From Polyangiaceae bacterium (lineage in GTDB: Bacteria > Myxococcota_A > Polyangia > Polyangiales > Polyangiaceae), in assembly GCA_035063585.1 (NCBI GenBank), contig JAPSGB010000038.1:1-44208 (forward strand): DNA of 44,208 nt. The letters run 5' to 3'. Below, in pieces: positions 28,911 to 37,793 of this stretch (position 1 is the first letter of the stretch; the number at the start of each line of letters is the position of its first letter). The translations under genes were made by a program, and so were the position numbers. The notes beneath the pieces were generated by a model, which saw only the letters and a list, made by a program, of their open reading frames with translations, made no database searches and was not told the DNA's origin.

Positions 28911-29378
28911 TTGTCCGAGCGCGGCCCCCTCTCACGCATCCTCCGAACCAGCATCGCCGCCACCAGCGAGGCCATGTTCCCCGAGAACGACCTCGGCGCT
29001 CCCGACTGGAAGAGCACCGATCTGGTGGCGCGCACCCTCAGCTACCTCGAGGAGCTCCCGCCGTATAACCGCCGGCTGGTCACCCTGCTCTTCCTGCTCA
29101 TCGAGCTCGGCGCGGTGCTGCTCGGCGCCGGGCTCCGCCGCTTCTCGAAGCTCCCTGCCTCGCGCCGCACCGACCTCATCCGAGGCTGGCGGCGCTCGAG
29201 CTTCGAGCCCTATCGGATGGTGGGCGACTCGGTGAAGGCGGTCACCACCATGATGTACATGTCGCACCTCGCGGTCGTAAGATACATCGAGGAGTACCGC
29301 GCCTGCGAGCACCCGCTCGACGAGCACCGCATCGAGACGCGCGCCGGCGTGTTCGACCGGCCGGAGCACGTCTCGTGA
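28911..29378 (+). CDS. Small partner of the GMC oxidoreductase (gluconate-2-dehydrogenase subunit-3-like)
   Basis: RRFSKLPASRRTDLIRGW...KA..MMYM pattern, GTGA-coupled to the GMC gene. Start uncertain (TTG 28911 or ATG 28974). Confidence 0.6.
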   Translation: MSERGPLSRILRTSIAATSEAMFPENDLGAPDWKSTDLVARTLSYLEELPPYNRRLVTLLFLLIELGAVLLGAGLRRFSKLPASRRTDLIRGWRRSSFEPYRMVGDSVKAVTTMMYMSHLAVVRYIEEYRACEHPLDEHRIETRAGVFDRPEHVS

Positions 29379-30877
29379 GATACCACCTCGAGGACGTGCG
29401 GCAGGGTTTCGATGTGGAAACCGACGCCGTGGTGGTCGGCTCCGGCCCGGGCGGCGCGGTCGCCGCCGCGAACCTGGCCGAGGCCGGGCTCCGCGTGACC
29501 GTCGTCGAGGCCGGCCCCGAGGTGCGCCCGGAGGACATGACCCGCGACGGGCCGCGGTTCCTCGCGCGCTACTACTGGGAGGGAGGGCAGCGCCTCATCG
29601 GCGGCACCACGCAGAGCCCGTCGATGGCCGGCCGCTGCCTCGGTGGGAGCTCGGTCGTGAACTCCGCCATCATGCTCCCGCTCCCCGATTGGGTGCGTGC
29701 GCTCTGGGTGGAAGAGAGCGGCGTCGAGCTCTTCGACTCCCCCGAGCTCGACCGGGCCTACGAGCGGATCTTCCGAGCAACGCACACCGCGCCCACCCCC
29801 ATGAGCATCATGGGCCGGCGCAACCTGGTCGCTCGCGACGCGCTCGCGCGCGCGGGCTTCGACGGCAAGCCGCTGCCGCGCGCGGTGGTCGGCTGCGAGG
29901 GCTGCGGCGACTGCATCACCGGCTGCGCCACCGGGCGAAAGCAGAGCGTCGACCGCTGCATCTTGCCCGGCGCCGAGGCGCACGGCGCCGAGATCTACAC
30001 CTGCGCGCACGTCGATCGGGTGCTCACCGAGGGCTCCCGCGCGGTCGGCGTCGCGGGCAGGATCGTCGACCCCAGCGGGCGGCGACCGCTCGCGCGCTTC
30101 CGCGTGCGCGCCAAGCACGTGGTGCTCGCGGCCGGCACCATGCACACGCCCGTCATCCTCCAGCAGAGCCGCGTCAACCCGCGCGGGCGGATCGGCGCCA
30201 CGCTATTTTGTCATATCGGCGGCGGCCTGGTCGGCATCATGGACGAGGTGACCGATCCGTGGGTCGGCGCGACGCAGGGCTGGGGCGCCATCTCGAGTGA
30301 GATCCGCGGCATGAAGTACGAGGGGCTCTGGGCGAGCCCGAGCCTCATCATGGTGCGCTGGGGCGACGTCGGGCGGCCGTTCATCGAGCGACTCGGCGAG
30401 GTCAAGCACGCGGCGGTCATCGCGGTCGTGTACCGCGGCGAGGTGCACGGCACGGTCAAGGCCGGCTGGGGCGGGCGGCCCATCATGAAGCTGTGGATCC
30501 GCGAGAAGAACGTGGCACCCGTGATGCGCGGCATGAAGACGGCCGCCGACGCGCTCCTCGCGGTCGGCGCGCGCTACGTTCACGCGGGCATCAACGGCGT
30601 CGTCGACGAGATGCGGACGCGCGAGGACACCGAGAGCATGCTCTCGCCACGCATCCGCGCGAAGCACCTCTCGATGACGATGAACCACACCTTCGGCTCC
30701 TGCCGCATGATGGCGGACGACCGCGGCCCGATCGATCCCGATGGAAAAGTGCGCGGCGTCGACGGCCTCTACGTCTGCGACGCGAGCGTGTTCCCGAGCC
30801 CGAGCGCGGTGAACCCGCAAGCGACCATCATGGCGCTCGCCGACCTCATCTCGCGCCGGCTCGCGGAGCGGGCTTGA
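29375..30877 (+). CDS. GMC-family FAD oxidoreductase
   Basis: VVGSGPGG, VEAG, GRCLGGSSVVN, CEGCGDCITGC, HTFGSCRM, LYVCDASVFP, VNPQATI. Confidence 0.93.
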   Translation: MRYHLEDVRQGFDVETDAVVVGSGPGGAVAAANLAEAGLRVTVVEAGPEVRPEDMTRDGPRFLARYYWEGGQRLIGGTTQSPSMAGRCLGGSSVVNSAIMLPLPDWVRALWVEESGVELFDSPELDRAYERIFRATHTAPTPMSIMGRRNLVARDALARAGFDGKPLPRAVVGCEGCGDCITGCATGRKQSVDRCILPGAEAHGAEIYTCAHVDRVLTEGSRAVGVAGRIVDPSGRRPLARFRVRAKHVVLAAGTMHTPVILQQSRVNPRGRIGATLFCHIGGGLVGIMDEVTDPWVGATQGWGAISSEIRGMKYEGLWASPSLIMVRWGDVGRPFIERLGEVKHAAVIAVVYRGEVHGTVKAGWGGRPIMKLWIREKNVAPVMRGMKTAADALLAVGARYVHAGINGVVDEMRTREDTESMLSPRIRAKHLSMTMNHTFGSCRMMADDRGPIDPDGKVRGVDGLYVCDASVFPSPSAVNPQATIMALADLISRRLAERA

Positions 30878-30903
30878 CCCGGCGAGGCCGAGCCCCGGGA
30901 GGG

Positions 30904-30928
30904 TGCCGGTCCGGCGCGGCCGGCGGCG
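30904..30928 (+). repeat. REP-like dispersed motif (identical to 135-159)
   Basis: Exact 25-nt match, located between the GMC stop and the HD-protein start. Confidence 0.7.
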
Positions 30929-30934
30929 TGAGCG

Positions 30935-31717
30935 ATGGCGCGGCTCGGTGAGGTGCCGCTGAGCGAGCGGCTCGGGCTCCTCTGGGCGAGCTACGATCCG
31001 AGCGCGACGCCGCCCGCGCACCCGCTCATTTGCCACCTGCTCGACGTAGCGGCGCTCGCGCGGGCGCTCCTCACGAGCAGCGCTCCCGCTCGGCTCACGC
31101 GCGCGGCCGAGCTCGCCGGCGTCGCGGAGCGCGACGCGCTCGCGTGGCTCACCTTCACCGTCGCGCTCCACGATGTGGGCAGGGCGACGCCCGGGTTTCA
31201 GAGCCAGCACGCGGGCCCGCGCGCGGCGCTCGAAGCGCTCGGGCTCGACCTCGACGCCGGCCCCGAGCCCCACGGGCCACGCGCCGCCGTGCTGGTGGCG
31301 CCGCACCTCGAGCGCCTCGGCTGCCCGCCTCCCCTCGCCCGCGCGCTCGCCCTCGCCGGCGAGCGCCACCAGGGCGAGCACGCGCCCTCGGAGCCGCCGC
31401 CCGAGCAGAGCGGCGAGGAGCGGAGCTTCGCCGGGCGCTCACCGCTCTGGGACGCGCTCCGCGGCGAGCTCGTCGACGCGCTCGCCGCCGTGCTCGGCGT
31501 CCCTGAGGCCCGGGCGCCCTGCTGGCCCCGAGAGCCCGCGGCGCGACGCGCGTTCCTGGCAGAAGTCACCGAGCTCGGCGCGAGCGCGCGCCGAATCATC
31601 TCCGGCCCCGATGGCTTTCCGCACGCCTGGCCGCCTCGAGACGCCACGAGCTACTTCTTGAAGATCGTGCAGCCGGCCGCGCGCGCCGTCGACCGCGCGC
31701 GGTACCGGCCCGCTTGA
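30935..31717 (+). CDS. Stand-alone Cas3-type HD domain (Cas3''-like), degenerate active site
   Basis: LWA, HPLICHLLDVAA, ALHDVGRATPGFQ, PHG and LWDALRGELV match the type I-E Cas3 HD domain. No helicase follows. Confidence 0.8.
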   Translation: MARLGEVPLSERLGLLWASYDPSATPPAHPLICHLLDVAALARALLTSSAPARLTRAAELAGVAERDALAWLTFTVALHDVGRATPGFQSQHAGPRAALEALGLDLDAGPEPHGPRAAVLVAPHLERLGCPPPLARALALAGERHQGEHAPSEPPPEQSGEERSFAGRSPLWDALRGELVDALAAVLGVPEARAPCWPREPAARRAFLAEVTELGASARRIISGPDGFPHAWPPRDATSYFLKIVQPAARAVDRARYRPA

Positions 31718-31750
31718 CGAAAGTCACGCTCGGACCTAAGCGGAGCACCC

Positions 31751-33052
31751 GTGACCCCCCAGCTTCGCTCGAGCGCGCTCGCCGCGCTCATCGTCCTCGG
31801 GCTGGTCGCCGCCTGCACGGACGACGACGGCCTCAAGAAGCGTCAGGTGACCGACGCATCCACCGGTGATGGCAGCCAGAGCGCAGCGGGCAGCGGCGGC
31901 GCGGCCGGCGCCGACGCGAGCGCCGGCGGGCAGGCGGGCGCCCCGAGCGGCGGGCAGGGCGGCGCGGCCGGCGCCGACGCGAGCGCCGATCTCTGCGAAG
32001 GCGTCGTCTGCGCCGCGCCCGGCGAGTGCCACCTCGCGGGGACGTGCGATCCGCGGACCGGCGAGTGCGCGTTCGCGAACGCGCCCGCGGGGACGCCGTG
32101 CGCCTGCGGGGCCTGCACGGCGGCGGGCGAGTGCGGCTACGGCACGATCCTCACCGACACACGCATGCCCGCCGGCGGGACGACCTCGACCCCGACGGAT
32201 TTCGCGGTCGACGACGAGCGCGTGATCTTCGCGAATTCGAACAGCGGATACCCGAACGGCGGCATCGGAATGCTCGAGTTCGCCCATCCGAGCCAGTGGG
32301 GGCCGCTCTTCCAGGGCTTCGAGTGGATGAGCCCGCTCGTCACGCTCACCGGGGGCGTCGCCTTCTTCTCCGCTGGCCCGAACCTCCGCTCCGTCCTCGC
32401 GGACGGGACGGGCGTCGCGTCGATGCCGCGAGAGTTCCCGGAGGCGCTGACGAGCCTCGCCTCCGATGCCGCGCGCGTCTACTTCACCATCGGCTTCGAG
32501 GTCTTCTCGCTGCCGGCGCAAGATCTGAACGCCTCGACGACCACGCTCTGGTTCGACGACGTCGCTCAGGCGGCGACCGGCGGCGTCATCAGCGATGGCG
32601 CGCGCGTCTATTTCTATGACGCTGCGCGGCAGCTCCGTTCGACGGCGGCCGACGGCTCCGGTGGGACGGAGCTCCTCGCCACCGCCGACGAAGTCCCGGA
32701 CACGCTCGCGGTCGACGCGACGCACCTCTATTGGACGGAACCCACCGGCGGCTCCGTGAAGTCCATCCCGCTCGCCGGCGGCAGCGTGACGACGCTCGCC
32801 TCCGGCCAAGACCGACCGCGCGGCCTCACCGTCTTCGACGGCCGCGTCTACTGGGCCAACGACGGTGACGGGTTCCCGAGTCGGGCGAGCGTGCGGTCGG
32901 TCCCGGTCGGCACGAGCGGCGAGCCGCCCAGGGAGACGCCCGGTTCCGCAGGCGCGTCGCGCGTGCTCGCCCACGACGCGCGCTGCGTCTACGCGTTGAA
33001 CCGGGACAACAACGGCGGCATCCGGAGCGTCCCCAAGCCGTCCGCGCCGTAA
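31751..33052 (+). CDS. Lipoprotein with Cys-rich module and beta-propeller-like repeats (DUF5050/LDLR-like)
   Basis: Lipobox VAAC; CEGVVC...CDPRTGEC; repeats LAVDATHLYW, LTVFDGRVYW, LASDAARVYF, LAHDARCVY. Confidence 0.8.
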   Translation: MTPQLRSSALAALIVLGLVAACTDDDGLKKRQVTDASTGDGSQSAAGSGGAAGADASAGGQAGAPSGGQGGAAGADASADLCEGVVCAAPGECHLAGTCDPRTGECAFANAPAGTPCACGACTAAGECGYGTILTDTRMPAGGTTSTPTDFAVDDERVIFANSNSGYPNGGIGMLEFAHPSQWGPLFQGFEWMSPLVTLTGGVAFFSAGPNLRSVLADGTGVASMPREFPEALTSLASDAARVYFTIGFEVFSLPAQDLNASTTTLWFDDVAQAATGGVISDGARVYFYDAARQLRSTAADGSGGTELLATADEVPDTLAVDATHLYWTEPTGGSVKSIPLAGGSVTTLASGQDRPRGLTVFDGRVYWANDGDGFPSRASVRSVPVGTSGEPPRETPGSAGASRVLAHDARCVYALNRDNNGGIRSVPKPSAP

Positions 33053-33074
33053 ACGCGCGAGCGGGCTCGAGCCC
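33003..33074 (+). repeat. 72-bp imperfect direct repeat, left copy (3' end of 31751..33052)
   Basis: Ungapped alignment to 42152-42223 with 8 mismatches by my count; a stop codon is present in both (TAA/TGA). Confidence 0.85.
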
Positions 33075-33089
33075 GGTGCTCCCCGTGGC

Positions 33090-33126
33090 CCGATCCCGGC
33101 GAGCGCGATCGGCCGAAGCGCGCACT
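33090..33126 (+). repeat. 37-bp perfect direct repeat, left copy
   Basis: ccgatcccggcgagcgcgatcggccgaagcgcgcact is identical to 42546-42582. Confidence 0.92.
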
Positions 33127-33439
33127 TGCCGAAAGCGAGCGCGCGGAAATCGCCCTACGCTGCCTCGCGCGTGACTTCGCGGCGTTCGGCGGACTGCCGC
33201 TGCTGGCCGCCAGTCGCCAAGCTCCCCGCCGCGAACCGGTGCCACGTCGCCGAACGGTACCGGTCCGTGTGTGCTCCTCCGAGGCTCCGCTTCCGCCGCG
33301 CGCTCCAGCGGGCGGGCCGAGGATGGCCGCCGCGCGCTCCGGCGCCAGGGACATCAAAGCCGCCGCCCAAGAGCCGTACCCGTGACGCGCCCCGGTCGCC
33401 GAGGGATGTCGGTCCGGCGCGGAACCGCGCGGCGCGCAC

Positions 33440-33556
33440 GGGTCATCCATCGAGGTCGACGGCGGCTGCGATGGTCGCTCGGGGGGCACGCGGCGCGGAC
33501 GGCCGAGCGCCCGGTCGCTGCTCATCGCCTGGGCGCTGCTCCGGCGGCGGCGCAAG
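33440..33556 (+). pseudogene. Orphan MYXO-CTERM-like sorting-signal remnant
   Basis: Reads GSSIEVDGGCDGRSGG...SLLIAWALLRRRRK (GGC, hydrophobic stretch, poly-Arg). In-frame stop at 33383-33385 with no gene body upstream. Confidence 0.4.
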
Positions 33557-33589
33557 ATGCTGTCAGACGCCGCTCGAGGCGCTCCGGCG

Positions 33590-36500
33590 TCACCCTTCCT
33601 CATCGAGGGTGTCGGACGGCTTGCCGCCGAAGCGGACATACAGCGCGGGCAGGGCCAGGAGCGTGGCCAACGTGCTCGTGACCAGACCGCCGATCACGAC
33701 GGTCGCGAGGGGGCGCTGCACTTCCGCGCCCGTGCCCGTCGCCAGAGCCATGGGTAAGAAGCCAAGCGCCGCGACGAGCGCGGTCGTGAGCACCGGTCGC
33801 AGGCGATCGCAGGCGGCCGCGAGCACCGCCGCGGCGTCCGCCTCGCCGGCCAGCTGACGCGTGCGCACGGCTGCGAGCAGCACCACGCCGTTCAACGTCG
33901 CGACGCCGAACAGCGCCAGGAAGCCCACCGCGGCGCTGATCGACAGCTCGAGGTCGCGCAGCGCCAGCGCGAAGATGCCGCCGGTGGCGGCCACCGGCAC
34001 GTTCACGAAGATGAGCAACGCGGGACGGATCGCTCCGAACGCGAGGTACAAGAGCAAGAGTACCAGTCCGAGCGTGGCCGGTACGACTATCGCGAGACGG
34101 GTCGTGGCGCGCGCCAGGTTCTCGTACTGGCCGCCGTATTCCAGGTAGTAGCCGCTCGGCAGCTCGACGCGCGCCAGCCGCGCCTGGAGTTCCTGCACGA
34201 AGCCGGCGAGGTCGCGGCCACGCACGTTGGCTTCGACCATCACGCGCCGCCGTCCCTGCTCGCGGCTGACCTGCGCCGGCCCTTGTTGCGTGGAGACGTC
34301 GGCGACGTCGCCGAGCGGGACCCAGCGGCCGTCCGCGAGCGGAACGCGCAGCGCGCGGATCGCGTTCTCGTCGGCCGGCGGCGTGTCGTCGGCGCGCACG
34401 ACCACGTCGAAGCGCCGTTCACCCTGGATCATGCTCCCGACGGTGCGGCCGACCTTGAGCGTCGCGATGAAGTCGAGCAGCTCCGCGGACGGCACGCCGA
34501 GTCGGCCCATACGCCGCGGGTCGGGCCGGATCGTCAACAGCGGCAGCCCGCCGGTCGGCTCGCTGCGCACGTCGGCGGCGCCCGGCGTCGCGCCGACCAC
34601 GCGAGCGATCTCGTCGGACAGCCGGCGCAAGGTCGGCAGCTCCTCGCCGAAGACCTTCACGCCGACGTCGGAGCGTACCCCACCGATCAGCTCCTGGACC
34701 CGCATCTCGATCGGCTGGGTGAAGCCGAAGGCGGTGCCCGGCAGGGCTTGCCGCAGCACCGGCTCGAAGGCGCCCGCGAAGCCGGCGGCGTCGCTCGCCG
34801 TCTTCCATGTGGAGCGCGGCTTCAACAACACGAACACGTCGGCCTGCTCGATCCCCATCACGTCAGTGGCGACGTCCGGGCTGCCGACGCGCGACACCAC
34901 CCGGTCGACCTCCGGGAAGCGCACCAGCGCTTGCTCGACCGCGGTGGTGCCGCGAATCGATTCGGCCAACGACACGCTGGGCGGACGGGTGACCTGGAGC
35001 GCGACGGCGCCCTCTTCCAGGCGCGGGATGAACTCCGCGCCGCGCGTGGCAGCGGCCGCGGCGCCCGCGACGAGCAACACGACGACCCCCGCCGCGGCGG
35101 TCTTCCAGCGCCCGACCAGCGCGCGCACGATCGGCTGGTAAGCGCGCTCGAGCACGCGGACGAGCCACGGGTGGCCGGCGGGCGCCCGGCCCAGCACGAG
35201 CCCGCCGATGGCCGGAACCCAGGTGAACGTGAGCGCGAGCGCCGTCCCCAGCGCGAACAGTACCGTGAGCGCCATGGGGCGGAACATGCGGCCTTCGACG
35301 CCTTCGAGGAGCAGCACGGGCAGGTACACGATGGCGATGATGAGCACCGCCATCGTCACGGGTTGCCCGACCTCCGCGGCGACACGCCTCATGGCACGCT
35401 TGCCCGTCACGTGGTGCGCGGCCATGGTCGCCAGCGCGCCCTCCACGACGACCACGGCGCCGTCCACCACCAGCCCGAAATCGATGGCGCCGAGGCTCAG
35501 CAGATTGCCGCTGACACCGAACAGACGCATGAGCGAGAAGGCGCCGAGCATGCTCAGCGGGATCACCGACGCGACGAGGAGCCCGGCGCGCAGATCCCCG
35601 AGCATGACGAGCAACACGAGCGCGACGACGATGCCGCCTTCGAGCAGGTTCTTGCGTACCGTGTGGAGGACCTCGTCGACGAACGACGCTCGGTCGTAGA
35701 ACGGCTCGATGACCACACCCTTCGGCAGCGTGGGCTCGATCTCCGCCAGCCTGGCCTTGACGCGCGCGACGACCTGGTGCGCGTTCCCGCCGGCGATCAT
35801 CTGCACCATCGTGTAGATCGTCTCGCCCTCGCCGTCGGCGCTGGCCGCGGCGAAGCGCGGCGCCGCGCCGTCGACCACCTTCGCCACGTCGCCGACCAGG
35901 ATCGGGCGCGCCGCTCCGGCGCCCCGGGTCGCGACGACCTGGCGCGCGACGTCCGTCACGTCGCGATACATGGCCTCGGCGCGCACGAAGGTGCCTTCCT
36001 CGCGGCGCTCGATGAGACCGGCGCCCACGTTGGTGCCGGCGCCGAGCACGGCCGCCCCGACCATCGCCGGCGTGACGCCGTGAGCGAGCAGCGCGGGCTC
36101 GTCGAGCCGGACCTCGACCTGGCGCGTGTCGCCGCCCCACGAGTTGACCTCGACCACGCCCGGGACCGAGCGCAGCCGGTAGGCGATCTCCCAGTCGAGC
36201 AGCGTACGGATCTCGCGCAGCGGGTGCCCCGGCCAGCGCACGGTGAAGTGGTACACCTCGCCGAGCGCCGTCGTCAGCGGACCGAGCTCGGGGCGCCCCG
36301 CCGTCGCCGGAATGGCCTCGCGCGCCCGCTGCAGGCGCTGCGACACGAGCGCACGCGCGAGCTCGATGTCGGTCCCGTCGTCGAACACCAGCGTGATGGC
36401 GCTGACCCCGGCGCGCGACACGGAGCGGATGCGCTGGACCCGGGGAATGCCCGTGAGCGCGAACTCCACGGGCTGCGTCACCTGGCGCTCGACCTCCACC

Positions 36501-36673
36501 GGCGAGAGCCCCGCGGCGCTCGTCAAGACCTGCACCTGCACGTTGGTGACGTCCGGGACGGCGTCGATGGGCAGCGTCAGATAGCTATGCACGCCGACCG
36601 CCATGAGAGCGAGCACGCCGAGCACTGCGAGCAGCGGGTAGTCGAGGACGGCGCGCGCGAGCCTGCCGATCAT
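33590..36673 (-). CDS. czcA: Heavy-metal efflux RND permease, CzcA/CusA family (CzcA-type)
   Basis: LPIDAVPDVTNVQVQV, PFYDR, SLGAIDFGLVVDGAVVVVE (CzcA-type TM4), EGRMFRPMA, GGQYEN, RLRPVLTTA, GAEVQRPLATVVIGG. Confidence 0.93.
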   Translation of the reverse strand: MIGRLARAVLDYPLLAVLGVLALMAVGVHSYLTLPIDAVPDVTNVQVQVLTSAAGLSPVEVERQVTQPVEFALTGIPRVQRIRSVSRAGVSAITLVFDDGTDIELARALVSQRLQRAREAIPATAGRPELGPLTTALGEVYHFTVRWPGHPLREIRTLLDWEIAYRLRSVPGVVEVNSWGGDTRQVEVRLDEPALLAHGVTPAMVGAAVLGAGTNVGAGLIERREEGTFVRAEAMYRDVTDVARQVVATRGAGAARPILVGDVAKVVDGAAPRFAAASADGEGETIYTMVQMIAGGNAHQVVARVKARLAEIEPTLPKGVVIEPFYDRASFVDEVLHTVRKNLLEGGIVVALVLLVMLGDLRAGLLVASVIPLSMLGAFSLMRLFGVSGNLLSLGAIDFGLVVDGAVVVVEGALATMAAHHVTGKRAMRRVAAEVGQPVTMAVLIIAIVYLPVLLLEGVEGRMFRPMALTVLFALGTALALTFTWVPAIGGLVLGRAPAGHPWLVRVLERAYQPIVRALVGRWKTAAAGVVVLLVAGAAAAATRGAEFIPRLEEGAVALQVTRPPSVSLAESIRGTTAVEQALVRFPEVDRVVSRVGSPDVATDVMGIEQADVFVLLKPRSTWKTASDAAGFAGAFEPVLRQALPGTAFGFTQPIEMRVQELIGGVRSDVGVKVFGEELPTLRRLSDEIARVVGATPGAADVRSEPTGGLPLLTIRPDPRRMGRLGVPSAELLDFIATLKVGRTVGSMIQGERRFDVVVRADDTPPADENAIRALRVPLADGRWVPLGDVADVSTQQGPAQVSREQGRRRVMVEANVRGRDLAGFVQELQARLARVELPSGYYLEYGGQYENLARATTRLAIVVPATLGLVLLLLYLAFGAIRPALLIFVNVPVAATGGIFALALRDLELSISAAVGFLALFGVATLNGVVLLAAVRTRQLAGEADAAAVLAAACDRLRPVLTTALVAALGFLPMALATGTGAEVQRPLATVVIGGLVTSTLATLLALPALYVRFGGKPSDTLDEEG

Positions 36674-36677
36674 GGCG

Positions 36678-37793
36678 TCACTCGAGCGCGGCGCGCATCA
36701 GCTCGCCCTTCAGCAGGATTGCGCCGCGGCTGGCCACCTGCTCGCCGGCCTTCAGGCCGTCATCGATGAATACACGCTCGCCGACCTGCTCCGCGACGCG
36801 AACGGCGCGCACGGTGAACTCACCCCGCGTCGACGTCGCGACGAACATCAGCGGCACGCCGTCGATGTCCGTGAGCGCGTCGCGCGGTACCACCGGGAGT
36901 CGCCGCCCGGCGGTGCCCAGGCGAGGCAGCTGCACATCGACGAAGGCGCCCTCGAGCAGCGCCGGACAATCCGCGTCCGGCCGCACGCGGAACGGCACGG
37001 TGCGGCGCATGGCGTCCACGCTCGGCGCGCGGGCTTCCACCAGGCCGCCGCAGTGCGGGGCGCGCCCTGGCCATTCCAGGCTCGCGCGGGCACCGAGCGC
37101 GACGTCGGGCGCGTCGCCCTCCGGCACGTCGGCGCGCAGCAGCAGGCGCGCGGTGTCGACGATCCTGAACAGCACCTGGCCGGGATCCGCTGGCCCACCG
37201 AGGACCGCGCGGCGCTTGACGACGGTGCCGTCGATGGGCGCCTCGAGCACGACGTGGGCGCCGCCCCGCGCCTTCCACGTCGTGAGCATCAGGCTCGCGC
37301 CGCGCTCTTCCGCCCGGGCCGCGGCGAGCTCGCTCTCGGCATCGCCGACCGCGCGCTCGCTCGTGGCGTGCTCGGCGAGCAACTGCTTCTCCTGCGCGAG
37401 GACGCGCGTGGCGCGGATGCGTCGCGCGCGGGCGCGCGCCAGATCCGCGCTCGTGCGAGCGACGTCGCCGGCGTCGAGGGTGGCGAGCAGGGCGCCCTGC
37501 TTCACCACGTCGCCCTCGCTCACGCCGATCGAGCGGACGCGTGCCGGGACCGGCACGCTGATGTCCGCCTCGGCGTCGGGCGGCGCGACGATCTCGCCGG
37601 TCGCGGCAACGGTGCCTCCGACGCTCTCGACCGTCACCGTCGTGACGGCGACGCGCCCGCTGTCGAGCAGCGCGGGAGCCACGCTGACGAGTCGCGCGCC
37701 GGATGGCGCGGCGCCGGGCTCCGAGCTCAGGGAGGGCTCGCTCTGGCTGCAGGCGGAGAGCAGCAGAGTCAGGACCATCAAACGGCGCATCAC
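36678..37793 (-). CDS. czcB: RND efflux periplasmic adaptor (CzcB-like) lipoprotein
   Basis: Lipobox LSAC, VSEGDVVKQGALLA, LEAPIDGTV, VVPRDAL, GLKAGEQVASRG; located between czcC and czcA. Confidence 0.88.
   Translation of the reverse strand: MMRRLMVLTLLLSACSQSEPSLSSEPGAAPSGARLVSVAPALLDSGRVAVTTVTVESVGGTVAATGEIVAPPDAEADISVPVPARVRSIGVSEGDVVKQGALLATLDAGDVARTSADLARARARRIRATRVLAQEKQLLAEHATSERAVGDAESELAAARAEERGASLMLTTWKARGGAHVVLEAPIDGTVVKRRAVLGGPADPGQVLFRIVDTARLLLRADVPEGDAPDVALGARASLEWPGRAPHCGGLVEARAPSVDAMRRTVPFRVRPDADCPALLEGAFVDVQLPRLGTAGRRLPVVPRDALTDIDGVPLMFVATSTRGEFTVRAVRVAEQVGERVFIDDGLKAGEQVASRGAILLKGELMRAALE

Noticed and set aside
30800..33600. CRISPR array or cas operon near the Cas3 HD gene
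   Set aside because: There is no regularly spaced repeat-spacer pattern. The 37-bp repeat has only two copies 9.5 kb apart, and no other cas motifs are present.
34283..36769. Long antisense or alternative-frame ORFs (also 15244..16995, 19977..22445, 21980..23860, 36672..38435)
   Set aside because: They are mirror frames of recognised genes, with no family motifs.
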